DNA of 64,000 nucleotides, taken from positions 50,358 through 114,357 of the forward strand of contig JAKAGU010000001.1 in assembly GCA_021825655.1 (NCBI GenBank), given 5' to 3'. This stretch comes from a bacterium. Lineage in GTDB: Bacteria > Patescibacteriota > Doudnabacteria > UBA920. Shown here piece by piece: positions 27,344-36,461 of the stretch. The notes under the pieces were generated by a model that was given only the letters and a program-made list of their open reading frames with translations, was not told the origin of the DNA and ran no database searches. How positions within the stretch are numbered: position 1 is the stretch's first letter; each line of letters begins with the position of its first letter. The position numbers were made by a program, and so were the translations under genes.

Positions 27344-28225
27344 TCAAACTTTTTCGCCCCGCAAGGCTCGATAGAGCACGTAGCCGTAAACGAGCGTGAG
27401 CGGAGTGAGTACAAAAGATATAAGATTGCTTAATAAAGGGATAAATGAGGTGATAATTGCGATTCCGTAAACTATGACCCCGATCAAAAGGTACTTTTTA
27501 AACACCTCCCATAACCTGCCTTGGACATAGGCTTTGCTTTTTTTAAGCGCAACCGTGTTGTAAAGGTTTTCGCAGATCACGACAAACATTGCCTGGCTGA
27601 ACCAGAGGGCAAAAAGTATGCCCGGAATGATAAAAAGTATCATGCCGCCGGCGATTGCCAGTCCAGCTAGCAGGCTGGTGGTGAAGAAAGTGCCCAAGTG
27701 GGGTTGGGCCCGTTTAAAGGCTTCCTGGAAAGTCAGGTTTTCCTGATGGTCTTTTATTACGAAAATTTGGGCCACCGAGCTCCAGACTCCGAAATAAACC
27801 AGCACGACCAACATTATCAGAAGCAGGATAGCGCCGGTGCCAACAGAGGTAAAAAAGCCGCCATGGCCGGTTCTGGTCAGGAACACTCCTCCGCCGAACA
27901 GCAGGCCGAAAACCAGCATGATGGCCCCAGGCACCGCAGTGATGCCCAAAAGCAACCAGAATTTTTCCTGGTAAATTTTCCAGGCAGTTTTAAGGATTTC
28001 CGTGGCCGGGGGGAGGGCCGCTTCTCCGGCCGGGCCAGCAGGAGCTGCGCCCAGACCCAGCTGGATGTCGGCTTCTTGCCAACCGGACTGTCTTAAGGCT
28101 TGGGCAATTTGTTCGCTGGTTTTGCCCGCCTGTTGTTGCCGCTTGATGTAATCAAGCATTTCCGGGGTTGTCATTTTAGTTTCGTTAAAGATAACTTTGT
28201 TCCAGTATAGCATTTTAACCAACAA
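27344..28225 (-). CDS. Hypothetical polytopic membrane protein with an N-terminal cytoplasmic ~35-aa GW-motif domain
   Basis: 293 aa. The likely true start is an internal ATG (MTTPEMLDYIKRQQQAGKTSEQIAQALRQSGWQEADIQ), followed by 5-6 TM helices. The N-terminal domain is homologous to the C-terminal tail of the protease at 15888..17516. Confidence 0.5.
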   Translation of the reverse strand: MLVKMLYWNKVIFNETKMTTPEMLDYIKRQQQAGKTSEQIAQALRQSGWQEADIQLGLGAAPAGPAGEAALPPATEILKTAWKIYQEKFWLLLGITAVPGAIMLVFGLLFGGGVFLTRTGHGGFFTSVGTGAILLLIMLVVLVYFGVWSSVAQIFVIKDHQENLTFQEAFKRAQPHLGTFFTTSLLAGLAIAGGMILFIIPGILFALWFSQAMFVVICENLYNTVALKKSKAYVQGRLWEVFKKYLLIGVIVYGIAIITSFIPLLSNLISFVLTPLTLVYGYVLYRALRGEKV

Positions 28226-28254
28226 AAAACACCTCTATGTAGAGATGCTTTTTG

Positions 28255-28328
28255 TGGAGCGGCTAAGGGGAATCGAACCCCTATCCTCTCCATGGCAAGG
28301 AGAAGTTCTACCATTGAACCATAGCCGC
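28255..28328 (-). tRNA. tRNA-Gly (anticodon GCC)
   Basis: Reverse complement folds as acceptor gcggcta/tagccgc, anticodon stem tctcc/ggaga with loop tTGCCat, T-arm agggg-ttcgatt-cccct, then TCCA. Confidence 0.85.
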
Positions 28329-28367
28329 AAGTAGAAAAATTATATCAAACGTACTGATTTTTTCAAA

Positions 28368-28442
28368 TGGTGCCTCGGGTCAGAATCGAACTGACGACGC
28401 CAGCCTCTTCAGGGCTGCGCTCTGCCACTGAGCTACCGAGGC
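28368..28442 (-). tRNA. tRNA-Phe (anticodon GAA)
   Basis: Reverse complement folds as acceptor gcctcgg/ccgaggc, D-arm gctc-agtggca-gagc, anticodon stem cagcc/ggctg with loop cTGAAga, T-arm gtcag-ttcgatt-ctgac, then ACCA. Confidence 0.85.
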
Positions 28443-28468
28443 GCAATAGTATTTGTGTAAGTTTACAC

Positions 28469-28545
28469 TGGTGGGCGGTATAGGATTCGAACCTATGACC
28501 TCCTCGGTGTAAACGAGGCGCTCTAACCAGCTGAGCTAACCGCCC
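28469..28545 (-). tRNA. tRNA-Val (anticodon UAC)
   Basis: Reverse complement folds as acceptor gggcggt/accgccc, D-arm gctc-agctggtta-gagc, anticodon stem cctcg/cgagg with loop tTTACac, T-arm atagg-ttcgaat-cctat, then ACCA. Confidence 0.85.
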
Positions 28546-28563
28546 TCGCGCCCACATAATATA

Positions 28564-28881
28564 TCAAAACATGACGTTTTTGGCAAGACTCTCAGAGAGT
28601 CCGGTTAAGGCTTCGATGCTATCCTCGGGCACGCTTTTACAGCGGGCGCGGGCGCCGCAATCCTGGCAAACATGGAGAATGTGGTATTCGCCCTTTTGGT
28701 ATTCTACGCCCACCGGCTCCATCATGCCGCCGCAAGGGTTGCCCCGGTCGCCGGGGTAATTGTCCACGTGCCGGCTCCACAGGCATTTGGGGCAGTGGTT
28801 GGTGTAGCCGTTGCCTTTGACTTTGGTTTTGCAATGTCCGCAAACAAAGTCTTCAATGGTACGTTGGAATTTTTTAGGCAT
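28564..28881 (-). CDS. RNHCP-domain zinc-ribbon protein
   Basis: 105 aa with CxxC...NHCPKC...CxxC cysteine pairs (FVCGHCKTKV, YTNHCPKCLW, CQDCGARARC) matching the RNHCP motif. The gene is GC-rich, about 57-60%. Confidence 0.6.
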   Translation of the reverse strand: MPKKFQRTIEDFVCGHCKTKVKGNGYTNHCPKCLWSRHVDNYPGDRGNPCGGMMEPVGVEYQKGEYHILHVCQDCGARARCKSVPEDSIEALTGLSESLAKNVMF

Positions 28882-29033
28882 GTTTATATTTTACCAAAAT
28901 ACTTATAAATGTTAAGGAGCGCGAGTCCTCTGCTTTTTTGGGCAGAGAAATCGCGCTCCTGGTTGTAGGGTTTGCTGTACGTACGGTGTCGCCGGCTGCT
29001 TCCTTGTCAGCCGCTAGCCGCGCAGGTTGGTGG

Positions 29034-29798
29034 TTAGACTGCGCTTGGTGCTTCCATTGCAGCCTTGAGTTCCGGCCAGTGATCTTTGGGTTTTTTCACC
29101 CATTGGCCGGCTGCGATGTACCTTGCAACCATCGGGTCGTCCTGCCGGTACTGAGCGGTTGGAATCCACTTGTAGCAGAGGATGGGCACGCTGGTCCCGT
29201 CCGGGCATTCGAACAGATCTTTGCCGGAACGGTTGAACGCGCAGGTGATGGCCACCAGTTTGGCGCCGAAGCTTTGGATGACTTCCCAAGCTTTGCCCGT
29301 GGTTGACAGGTTGTTGACCACGTCCTCGCTGAGGACGGCGAGGTCGCCCGAGAAGAGTTCGTGCCGATCCATAATGAGGTGCGATTTTTCCCGGCTAGTT
29401 GCCGTCTCGGCCTCGTCAACCTTCTTTTCCATGAACACGGTGCGGCGGTTGGCCAGCCGACCGATGTCCCCGGAAAGCAGTATCCCGCCCATGGGTGCGC
29501 CGATGACCGCGTCGAAATCAATTTCTCCGCCGGCAAGCATCCCAAGGATGCCTCTGGCGAAGAGGTCGCGGACATGGGGGAAGCGTTCAGCCCGGGCAAA
29601 GTTGTAGTACACATCGCCGACGTACTGAAGCTGATGGCCGTGGCCGTCGTCGTAACGGCCGGCGTAGCCGACCAGGGGCCCGGCGTAGTTGCCTGCCGAA
29701 TCCTTGGGGCACTGGTAGTAGCCGTCGCATTTGGTCAGAATATCCAGAGCTTCGTCGTCCTGGTTAATCTGCGCAGCGAGGGTGGCTTTTCGATGCAT
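29034..29798 (-). CDS. Type I phosphoribosyltransferase-like protein (orotate phosphoribosyltransferase-like)
   Basis: 254 aa with a PRPP-binding-loop-like motif (DLAVLSEDVVNNLSTTGKA) and a PRTase-like core (AVIGAPMGGILLSG). Translationally coupled to the upstream gene (TAAccATG). Confidence 0.55.
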   Translation of the reverse strand: MHRKATLAAQINQDDEALDILTKCDGYYQCPKDSAGNYAGPLVGYAGRYDDGHGHQLQYVGDVYYNFARAERFPHVRDLFARGILGMLAGGEIDFDAVIGAPMGGILLSGDIGRLANRRTVFMEKKVDEAETATSREKSHLIMDRHELFSGDLAVLSEDVVNNLSTTGKAWEVIQSFGAKLVAITCAFNRSGKDLFECPDGTSVPILCYKWIPTAQYRQDDPMVARYIAAGQWVKKPKDHWPELKAAMEAPSAV

Positions 29799-29800
29799 GG

Positions 29801-30619
29801 TTAGTCGTCTCCTTCGCTGTGTTGGTTAACGGCTTCGAGGATGTTGTCCGCTACGAGTTCGGCGGCCGCCACTACGTCTGTCGCGCCGGTAATATCCCGG
29901 CCCACGACTACGCCATTGGCGCCGTCACGGATGGAGTTGCCCGGGGCGCTGACTGCCTTTTGGTCTTGCTTGCTGGAGCCAGGCAGACGCACGCCGGGGG
30001 TGTAGATGAGAAACAGCGGTCCGCAGGCTGCGCGGATTGCCGTAACCTCCAGGGGTGAGGCAATGACGCCATCGCAGCCATGTCGTTGGGCCAGCTTGGC
30101 AAGCCGGACCACAATTTCCAGGCGGCGCGGCTCAGTATCGTCTTCGGCTTTGAGCCCGAGTTGGACGAGGTCGTCTTCACCCAGGCTGGTGAGCAGGGTC
30201 ACTGCAATCAGCAGGGGCTTCTGTTCCAGGCCGAGCTGGGCCGATATCTCATCCACGGCCTGTCGTGCCGCCTTGAGGGCAGGCGGCCCGGCAAAAGCGT
30301 GGACGTTGAACATGAGCGGCTGGAGCCGACAGATGGCCTTGCTGGCGCCGGCAACGGTGTTGCCGATGTCCGCGATTTTGCCATCCACGAACTCGAGGTT
30401 GTTGAAGGCGGAAAACAGCGTCCGCAGTCGGACCAGGGTATGGAAAGCGCTGTCCTGGCCGGTCGTGATGAGGGTTGAGAACATGGAGTAAATGAACTCA
30501 AAGCCGATCTTGAATCCGCCGACGTAGCCCTTGAGCTTGGCTACGAGCTCGATCGCCTTCTCCACGTCATTAACGTCGAGTGCTACAATAACGCGCTCGC
30601 GCGCGCCTTGTCTGGTCAT
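29801..30619 (-). CDS. Orotidine 5'-phosphate decarboxylase-like protein (type 2-like)
   Basis: Start chosen at the internal ATG (MTRQGARERVIVALDV...). Active-site motif DxKxxDIG.T (FVDGKIADIGNTV) and N-terminal VIVALDV...GGFKIG are diagnostic of the OMPDC fold. Gene GC about 60-63%. Confidence 0.7.
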   Translation of the reverse strand: MTRQGARERVIVALDVNDVEKAIELVAKLKGYVGGFKIGFEFIYSMFSTLITTGQDSAFHTLVRLRTLFSAFNNLEFVDGKIADIGNTVAGASKAICRLQPLMFNVHAFAGPPALKAARQAVDEISAQLGLEQKPLLIAVTLLTSLGEDDLVQLGLKAEDDTEPRRLEIVVRLAKLAQRHGCDGVIASPLEVTAIRAACGPLFLIYTPGVRLPGSSKQDQKAVSAPGNSIRDGANGVVVGRDITGATDVVAAAELVADNILEAVNQHSEGDD

Positions 30620-30728
30620 GATTGTTCTCTCTTTCACGTGAAATGAAAAGAAGACACGACTTGTACAGCTTATCGTGCCTCCTTTAAGGTGGGGCAATTA
30701 TATACCCTAAAGACCTTTTAATCAAGGC

Positions 30729-30757
30729 TTGAAAAAAGGTTTGGATTTGGGTATAAT
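30729..30757 (+). promoter_or_regulatory. Sigma70-type promoter for tRNA-Leu(GAG)
   Basis: TTGAAA, 17 nt spacer, TATAAT about 20 nt upstream of the tRNA 5' end. Confidence 0.5.
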
Positions 30758-30777
30758 TGGTAAGCAATTTTGCATGA

Positions 30778-30864
30778 GCCCAGGTGGCGGAATTGGTATA
30801 CGCACTACCTTGAGGTGGTAGCGCTCGCAAGGGCATGGAGGTTCGAGTCCTCTCCTGGGCACCA
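30778..30864 (+). tRNA. tRNA-Leu (anticodon GAG), class II
   Basis: Acceptor gcccagg/cctgggc, anticodon stem ctacc/ggtag with loop tTGAGgt, long variable arm cgctcgcaagggcat, T-arm ggagg-ttcgagt-cctct, ACCA. Confidence 0.85.
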
Positions 30865-30929
30865 AAATACTCCGGTAATTCGGAGTGTTTTTAATTTCAA
30901 GGTATAATATAGGTAATTAAACTTATCTT

Positions 30930-31490
30930 ATGTATAACATCCCGGTAATCTTAGGCAGTGTGCGCGAAGGCCGCCGGAGCCTCGCTCCAGCCCAGTATCT
31001 TGTTAAGAAGCTGCAAGGCCTGGGCCACCAGAGCCAGCTGGTGGACTTTAAAGAAATGCCGTTGCCGTTTTATAACGCACCCACCGTGCCCGTGGTCTAC
31101 TATAAAACCGCTTACCCTGACCCCAATGTCCAGAGGTGGAGCGAGCTTGCCCGTTCAGCCCACGGTTTTATTATTGTGACGCCCGAATATAACCACGGTT
31201 ATCCGGCTGTGTTGAAAAACGCCCTGGATTGGCTGTATTTGGAATTTGAGCATAAGGCGTTTGGTTTGGTCGGGGTGTCCAACGGGTCCGTGGCCGGAGC
31301 CAGGGTCATTGAGCAGCTCAGGACCGTGATAGAAAATTTTGGCGCACTGGCTGTAAGGGAAACCGTAATGCTGGGACCGATTGATAAATATTTTGATGCA
31401 ACTGGCAAGCTTTTGGACGATGCGCTGGATAAGCGCGTAACCGGGCTTATTGAGAGTGTGGTTTGGTGGTTAAAAAAATTGCAAGCATAA
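30930..31490 (+). CDS. NAD(P)H-dependent FMN reductase (flavodoxin-like fold)
   Basis: 186 aa with family motifs (ILGSVREGR...IVTPEYNHGYPAVLKNALDWL). Confidence 0.75.
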   Translation: MYNIPVILGSVREGRRSLAPAQYLVKKLQGLGHQSQLVDFKEMPLPFYNAPTVPVVYYKTAYPDPNVQRWSELARSAHGFIIVTPEYNHGYPAVLKNALDWLYLEFEHKAFGLVGVSNGSVAGARVIEQLRTVIENFGALAVRETVMLGPIDKYFDATGKLLDDALDKRVTGLIESVVWWLKKLQA

Positions 31491-31520
31491 AAAGACCCCG
31501 CCGCCGGCGGGGTCTTTTTA
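31489..31520. terminator. Bidirectional intrinsic terminator
   Basis: aaaaGACCCCGCCGccggCGGCGGGGTCttttta between the FMN reductase gene and nrnA. Confidence 0.7.
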
Positions 31521-31522
31521 TG

Positions 31523-32476
31523 CTAACTGATTTGCAGTTCGCCGCTGAGCTTCCGGCTGATTTTGCCGTTCAACGAGAAGCCGGCTGCCAGTTTGTGGCC
31601 GCCACCGCCGAAGAGCCGGGCGATTTTGGAAACATCCACGTCCTTGTGCGTGTCGCTTCTTAGGCTGCCTTTGATAACCGCACCATCCTGCCTGATGAAG
31701 AGGGCAAACCGGGCTTCCGGCATGGTGTTTAAGGTTTCTACAAAGCCTTCAAAAGCTGACTTGGGCAGTTCGCCCAAATCCAACAAATCTTCCTCGGTAA
31801 TGGCCGCGCTGATAATCCGGCTGCTTGGGTCAAAACGGGAGTTTTCCATGGCCCGGGCCCAGGCTTTTAGCACCTGGGGCTTTTTGTTTTTAAAAGTGTG
31901 CCGGGTAATTTTGTTGGTGCGCGCCCCTTTGTGCATCAAGTCTGCCGCTGCCATAAGGGTGGAGCTCTGTGTATTGGCGTGCATAAAGCTGCCGGTATCG
32001 GTAATGATCCCGGTCAGCAAACAAGCGGCGATATCCTGGGTGATAGGCCATTGGCAGAAATTAAAAAAATCATAAACAAGTTCGGCAACCGAGGACTTGG
32101 TCTTGTCCACCAGATTTACCTTACCGAAAAAAGTGTTGTCCGGATGATGGTCAATGTTGATGCTGGGGATGTCCAAGCTGACAATCTCGTCCAGGCCGCT
32201 GCGCTCTTTATTGGAACAGCCAAATGTAATTAGCAGGTCATAGTTGTTGGGTTGGGGCACGCTGTCTTGTATTTTGCCGCTGCCGGGTAAAAATTTTAGC
32301 GCTTCAGGTACGCCGTACTTGATGACGGCCGTAACTTGTTTGTCCTGGCTTTCCAAAAAGTGCGTGAAAGCCAAAAGGCTTCCGCCGTCATCCCCGTCCA
32401 TGCGTTCGTGCATGGAGAGCAGGATTTTGCGGGCCTGTTCAATGAGTTTTTTTGCATTTATAAAATCTGTTTCCAT
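31523..32476 (-). CDS. nrnA: DHH/DHHA1 phosphoesterase, NrnA-like oligoribonuclease/pAp phosphatase
   Basis: 317 aa with a DHH motif (NIDHHPDN), a DGDxxGS-like motif (MDGDDGGSLLAF) and a DHHA1 GGGH motif (FGGGGHKLAAG). Confidence 0.75.
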   Translation of the reverse strand: METDFINAKKLIEQARKILLSMHERMDGDDGGSLLAFTHFLESQDKQVTAVIKYGVPEALKFLPGSGKIQDSVPQPNNYDLLITFGCSNKERSGLDEIVSLDIPSINIDHHPDNTFFGKVNLVDKTKSSVAELVYDFFNFCQWPITQDIAACLLTGIITDTGSFMHANTQSSTLMAAADLMHKGARTNKITRHTFKNKKPQVLKAWARAMENSRFDPSSRIISAAITEEDLLDLGELPKSAFEGFVETLNTMPEARFALFIRQDGAVIKGSLRSDTHKDVDVSKIARLFGGGGHKLAAGFSLNGKISRKLSGELQIS

Positions 32477-32492
32477 ATCCTGAAATTTGGTG

Positions 32493-32888
32493 TTAGGCGG
32501 CTGTTTTTTTCCTTTTTTTTGTTGCGGGCTTGTTCTGTTCTTCTTCAGCGTGCACGCGCCTTACCAGCTCGTCGATATGCTCGGCATAGCGGGGGCTGGT
32601 GTCCAGGAAAAATTGCAACCGCGGGACGATTTTGGTGGTAAATTTTTGGTTGAGTTCGCCCTGGATGTGGTACAGGCTGCGGTTAATATGGTCCAGGATT
32701 TTCTGGTCATCGCCGCCAAAAATAGAGATCCAGACTTTGGCCCAGCGGAGGTCGCGGCTGGCTTCCACTTTGGAGATGGTTACCAGGCCGTTTGCCGGCT
32801 CCAAGAATTCCAACAAAATCGGGCCCAGCGCCTGCTGGATGAAGGAGTTGACTTTGGCAATGCGGTTAGTATCTTTTTTGGGTTGCAT
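32493..32888 (-). CDS. rbfA: Ribosome-binding factor A
   Basis: 131 aa with an RbfA KH-like fold pattern. Immediately downstream of infB. Confidence 0.85.
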   Translation of the reverse strand: MQPKKDTNRIAKVNSFIQQALGPILLEFLEPANGLVTISKVEASRDLRWAKVWISIFGGDDQKILDHINRSLYHIQGELNQKFTTKIVPRLQFFLDTSPRYAEHIDELVRRVHAEEEQNKPATKKRKKTAA

Positions 32889-32989
32889 AAGTTTAAGCTT
32901 TTAACATTAGAGTATATCGAAAAACGCCCCTGCTGGCAAGGGCGCTATGTGATAAGACTCGTTAAGACAAAGATATTGCCCACTTTTTG

Positions 32990-34921
32990 TTAGAGGGTTT
33001 TGGGTTTAATTTTTTCCTCGAAGCTTTCCAGAATATCATTAACCTGCAGCTTAACCGGCGTTTTTATCCGCATTCCGAACTCGTTTCCTGCAGTAACGCT
33101 TTTGGCCATTACCTTGCTTTGCTGCAGTTCCAAAATTTCGCCCCGGCCCAGTTCTGCGCCTTCCCGGGAAACCAGGATTTGTCCGTTCTTTTTAATTTCG
33201 CCGTCATTAACCCGGCCGCCAATAATCATTTCGCCTTTTTCCGTCCGGAAGATTGCCAGGATTTTGGCGCGGCCAAAACTGACCTTTTCCAGCTCGGGGG
33301 TAAACATTTTAATTACAGCGCTGGTGACGTCTTCAATCAGTTCGTAAATTACGTCGTAAGGGTCAATTTGGACGTTTTTTTGTTTGGCCAGGCTAATGGC
33401 TTTCGGGTTAATTTTGGTGCGGAAGGCAATCACGCTGGCGCGGGAGTTGCCGGCCAGCAGCACATCGGATTCGTTAACCTCGCCTACGCCTTCGCTTAAA
33501 ATGTTGATTTTGACCTCATCATTTTTGAGTTTGGAAATCGATTGTTTGATGGCTTCCAGCGACCCGGCCACATCCGTTTTCAGTATCAGGTTGAGAGTCT
33601 TGGTTTCCATGTCACCAGACAGCCGCAGAGTGTGGGAGAGTTTGTGGCTGCGGTTCTTGCGCTGGGCGGCTAGGGCGATGTTTTTGGCTTCGTCCAAAGA
33701 GGCGATGGTCTGCAAAATATCCCCGGCCTGGGGCAGTTCGGAAAAGCCGGAAATTTGCGCGGGCTGGGCAGGCAGGACTTCTTTCAATTTGCGGCCGTTT
33801 TCGTCTTCCAAAGACCTGACCCGGCCAAAGGCCGGCCCGGCGGCAATAATGTCCCCGACCCGCAAAGTGCCGTTTTGGATAACTACCGTGGCGGTTGGGC
33901 CTTTGCCCTGAGTGACCTTGGATTCAATAATCGTACCCACGGTTTTGCCCGCTGGATTGGCTTTGAAGTCTTCCAGGTCCGCAGTCAGCAGGATCATTTC
34001 CAGCAGCCCGTCGATGCCCTTGTTCTGTTTGGCGGAAATTTCGCAGGCAATGGTTTTGCCGCCCCATTCTTCGGTCAGGACGCCGTGGCCGGCCAATTCT
34101 TGCTTGACCTTCATGACGTTGGCTTCGGGTTTGTCCACTTTGTTGATGGCCACAATCATGGGGGTGCCGGTAAACTTGGCGCGGTTGATGACTTCCAGGG
34201 TTTGGGGGCGCACGCCGTCATCAGCTGCCACAACCAGGACGATTATATCCGTAACGTTGGCTCCGCGGGCGCGCATTTCGGAAAAAGCCTCGTGTCCCGG
34301 GGTGTCCAAAAAAGTAATATAGCGCCCGTTCTTTTTAATCTGATAGGCGCCAATGTGCTGGGTGATGCCGCCGCTCTCCCCTTCCGCGACTTTGGTTTTG
34401 CGGAGGGTGTCGAGCAGGGTGGTTTTGCCGTGGTCTACATGGCCCATAATGGCGACAATCGGCGGCCGGCTTTTTAGGTTTTCCGCTTTTTCTGCGTCCG
34501 AAACTTCCTGTAAAAAACCCGTACCGTACTCTTTTACTGTCTGGTCAGTTTCCGTCGCCACTTCAAAACCCAAGTCCTGGGCCACAATGCTGGCGGTTTC
34601 AAAGTCCACCTCTTCGTTGATGGTAGCCATGATGCCGTTTTTAATCAGCACTTTAATCACATTAACGACAGGCAGTTTTAAGAGTTCGGCAAAATCCCTC
34701 ACTTTTATAAAACTGGGCAGTTTGATGATTTTAGGTTCAACGTCTTGCTCTTGGGGCTTTTGGCTGCCGCTGTTCTCCGTCAAGGTTTCCAGAATTTTTT
34801 TGGCCAAATAGTTGTCGACTTTGTTGGCTTTGGGCGAAATGAAAAACCCTTTCTCGCGGGCGCGGGAACGCAATTCCTGGATGGATAGATTGAGTTGTGA
34901 GGATAGAGAGGAAAGGTTCAT
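32990..34921 (-). CDS. infB: Translation initiation factor IF-2
   Basis: 643 aa with a GTPase domain ([27 protein letters not shown]) and C-terminal IF2 domains. Confidence 0.9.
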   Translation of the reverse strand: MNLSSLSSQLNLSIQELRSRAREKGFFISPKANKVDNYLAKKILETLTENSGSQKPQEQDVEPKIIKLPSFIKVRDFAELLKLPVVNVIKVLIKNGIMATINEEVDFETASIVAQDLGFEVATETDQTVKEYGTGFLQEVSDAEKAENLKSRPPIVAIMGHVDHGKTTLLDTLRKTKVAEGESGGITQHIGAYQIKKNGRYITFLDTPGHEAFSEMRARGANVTDIIVLVVAADDGVRPQTLEVINRAKFTGTPMIVAINKVDKPEANVMKVKQELAGHGVLTEEWGGKTIACEISAKQNKGIDGLLEMILLTADLEDFKANPAGKTVGTIIESKVTQGKGPTATVVIQNGTLRVGDIIAAGPAFGRVRSLEDENGRKLKEVLPAQPAQISGFSELPQAGDILQTIASLDEAKNIALAAQRKNRSHKLSHTLRLSGDMETKTLNLILKTDVAGSLEAIKQSISKLKNDEVKINILSEGVGEVNESDVLLAGNSRASVIAFRTKINPKAISLAKQKNVQIDPYDVIYELIEDVTSAVIKMFTPELEKVSFGRAKILAIFRTEKGEMIIGGRVNDGEIKKNGQILVSREGAELGRGEILELQQSKVMAKSVTAGNEFGMRIKTPVKLQVNDILESFEEKIKPKTL

Positions 34922-35096
34922 AATGCGGAAAAACTATTTATAACTTATTAACTTTACCAGAATTTTTAATAAAAATCAAGGAAGGTTTTTGCCTGCCGGA
35001 AGTTGGGTTCGCGCGCAAAAAACCCGCCGTTCCCTTCTTTGGGTGCGGCAGGCGCCGTATTAAAGCAAAGTGGTTTTTAGAAAAACCAGCGGGGAA

Positions 35097-35939
35097 TTAA
35101 AAAGTCCGGTTTTTGCCTACTATCAGGCGGAGGCGCTGTGGAATCAATTCAACGGCCGCCGGGAATTTGGCCACAATCCTGCCCAGCATGGTCAGGGGCG
35201 TGCCTCGGGGCTCCAAAAAGTCAATCTTGCGGCATTTAATAACCGTGGTGTTGGGGATTTTTTCCAAATTACCCGAAACGATATCCTGCCGGTACCTTAA
35301 GATTTGCATTTTGGACATTTTTTCCAAAATCAGGAGGTCAAGGTGGCTGTCCGTAGGGTCCGCAATTTTTTGGCCGGAGGCCGAAGCGGAACGGATGTTA
35401 ACGGCTAAGCCGCCCAGGGCAGCAATGCTTAGGTTGTAGGAATCATCAATGCGGATGGTGTAGTTTTTGGCTTCAGAGGAGAGTAGTTTTAGGGCTGCAT
35501 ACCAGCTCAGGCTTTTTAAATTGTGGCTGGTCACCCCAAACTCCAGGTAGTTGATAAAAAAATTGTTGGAAATTTTTGCCAGGTCGATTTTTTCAATTCT
35601 CCTGGCCGCAATGGTTTTGGCCCCGATATAAATATTTTCAATGCCCAGGATTTTGGAAAGGAAGGATTTTTCGTCCAGGGGAACAAAACCCAAGGTAAAA
35701 TCGCGGCCTTTCAAAGAGGCCAGCATGAGGTTAAAAGTGTCGTCAGAGCCGCAGGCAACCAGGGTTTTGGCGCCGCGCTGGCTGGCCGTATCGACCAGGT
35801 CAGCGACGGAGCGCAGGGGGGTAACCCGCGCCGCTTCGCCCGAAATTTTAAATTCCGCAAAGTAACCCAAAGCTTCGGTCTGCAGCCTTTCGAATTTGTC
35901 CATGGGCAGGTTGCCCTGGTCGAAAATATAGTAGTACAT
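35097..35939 (-). CDS. Diacylglycerol-kinase-catalytic-domain (YegS/DAGK_cat)-like lipid kinase family protein with a degenerate GGDG motif
   Basis: 280 aa. LVACGSDDTFNLM sits in the position of the GGDGT motif. Overall DAGK_cat-like organisation. Assignment is tentative. Confidence 0.45.
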   Translation of the reverse strand: MYYYIFDQGNLPMDKFERLQTEALGYFAEFKISGEAARVTPLRSVADLVDTASQRGAKTLVACGSDDTFNLMLASLKGRDFTLGFVPLDEKSFLSKILGIENIYIGAKTIAARRIEKIDLAKISNNFFINYLEFGVTSHNLKSLSWYAALKLLSSEAKNYTIRIDDSYNLSIAALGGLAVNIRSASASGQKIADPTDSHLDLLILEKMSKMQILRYRQDIVSGNLEKIPNTTVIKCRKIDFLEPRGTPLTMLGRIVAKFPAAVELIPQRLRLIVGKNRTF

Positions 35940-35999
35940 AGGCGCAGTCTGTGTAACCGCGCAGGCCTGTTATTGCCTGCGTTTAGAACGAAGCCGGGT

Positions 36000-36407
36000 T
36001 TATTCTTCGCTTTCCGGTTCTTCGTGGGTGGGCGTAACAGCCTTTTTGCCGTTACCGTTGCTCGGGTTCATAGTGCACTTGCCGGTAAACTGGGCCCCGT
36101 CTTCGACCCTCAGAATCTGGCAGGAGATATCTCCGGTGATTTTAGCCGTATTTTGCAGGATGAGGTGGCCGGTAACTTTGATGTTGCCTTGGACTTCCCC
36201 GCCGATTACGCTATTGCCGGCCAGAATGTCGGCGGTAATATGCGAGCCGTTCATTACGAATACGCTTTGGCTGGTCTTTACCTTGCCGGTAACATAGCCT
36301 TCGATTTTTATATTGCCGTCGCTGTTCAGGTCGCCCTGTATTTTAACACTGGGGCCAACCACGGTTTCCGCCTGTTGATTCAGGCTTTCGTCTGAAAACT
36401 TGTCCAT
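36000..36407 (-). CDS. Bactofilin family cytoskeletal protein
   Basis: 135 aa beta-helical repeat pattern (G.V.G.I.G...) flanked by N- and C-terminal tails, typical of bactofilin/DUF583. Confidence 0.7.
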   Translation of the reverse strand: MDKFSDESLNQQAETVVGPSVKIQGDLNSDGNIKIEGYVTGKVKTSQSVFVMNGSHITADILAGNSVIGGEVQGNIKVTGHLILQNTAKITGDISCQILRVEDGAQFTGKCTMNPSNGNGKKAVTPTHEEPESEE

Positions 36408-36461
36408 AGGATTCCTTTTTCGCTGAAGACTCAGCGGTTAATTGCGGATGCGGTTTTGGTT

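Noticed and set aside
28363-28557. 64-aa minus-strand ORF
   Set aside because: It overlaps the tRNA-Phe and tRNA-Val genes, so it is antisense or sense read-through of structured RNA sequence.
33384-34811. Several long antisense ORFs (175-240 aa) inside infB, and similar ones inside gyrA, PBP1A, ftsK and recF
   Set aside because: Each is fully contained in the opposite strand of a high-confidence conserved gene, and they have biased Ser/Ala/Arg-rich composition typical of antisense frames.
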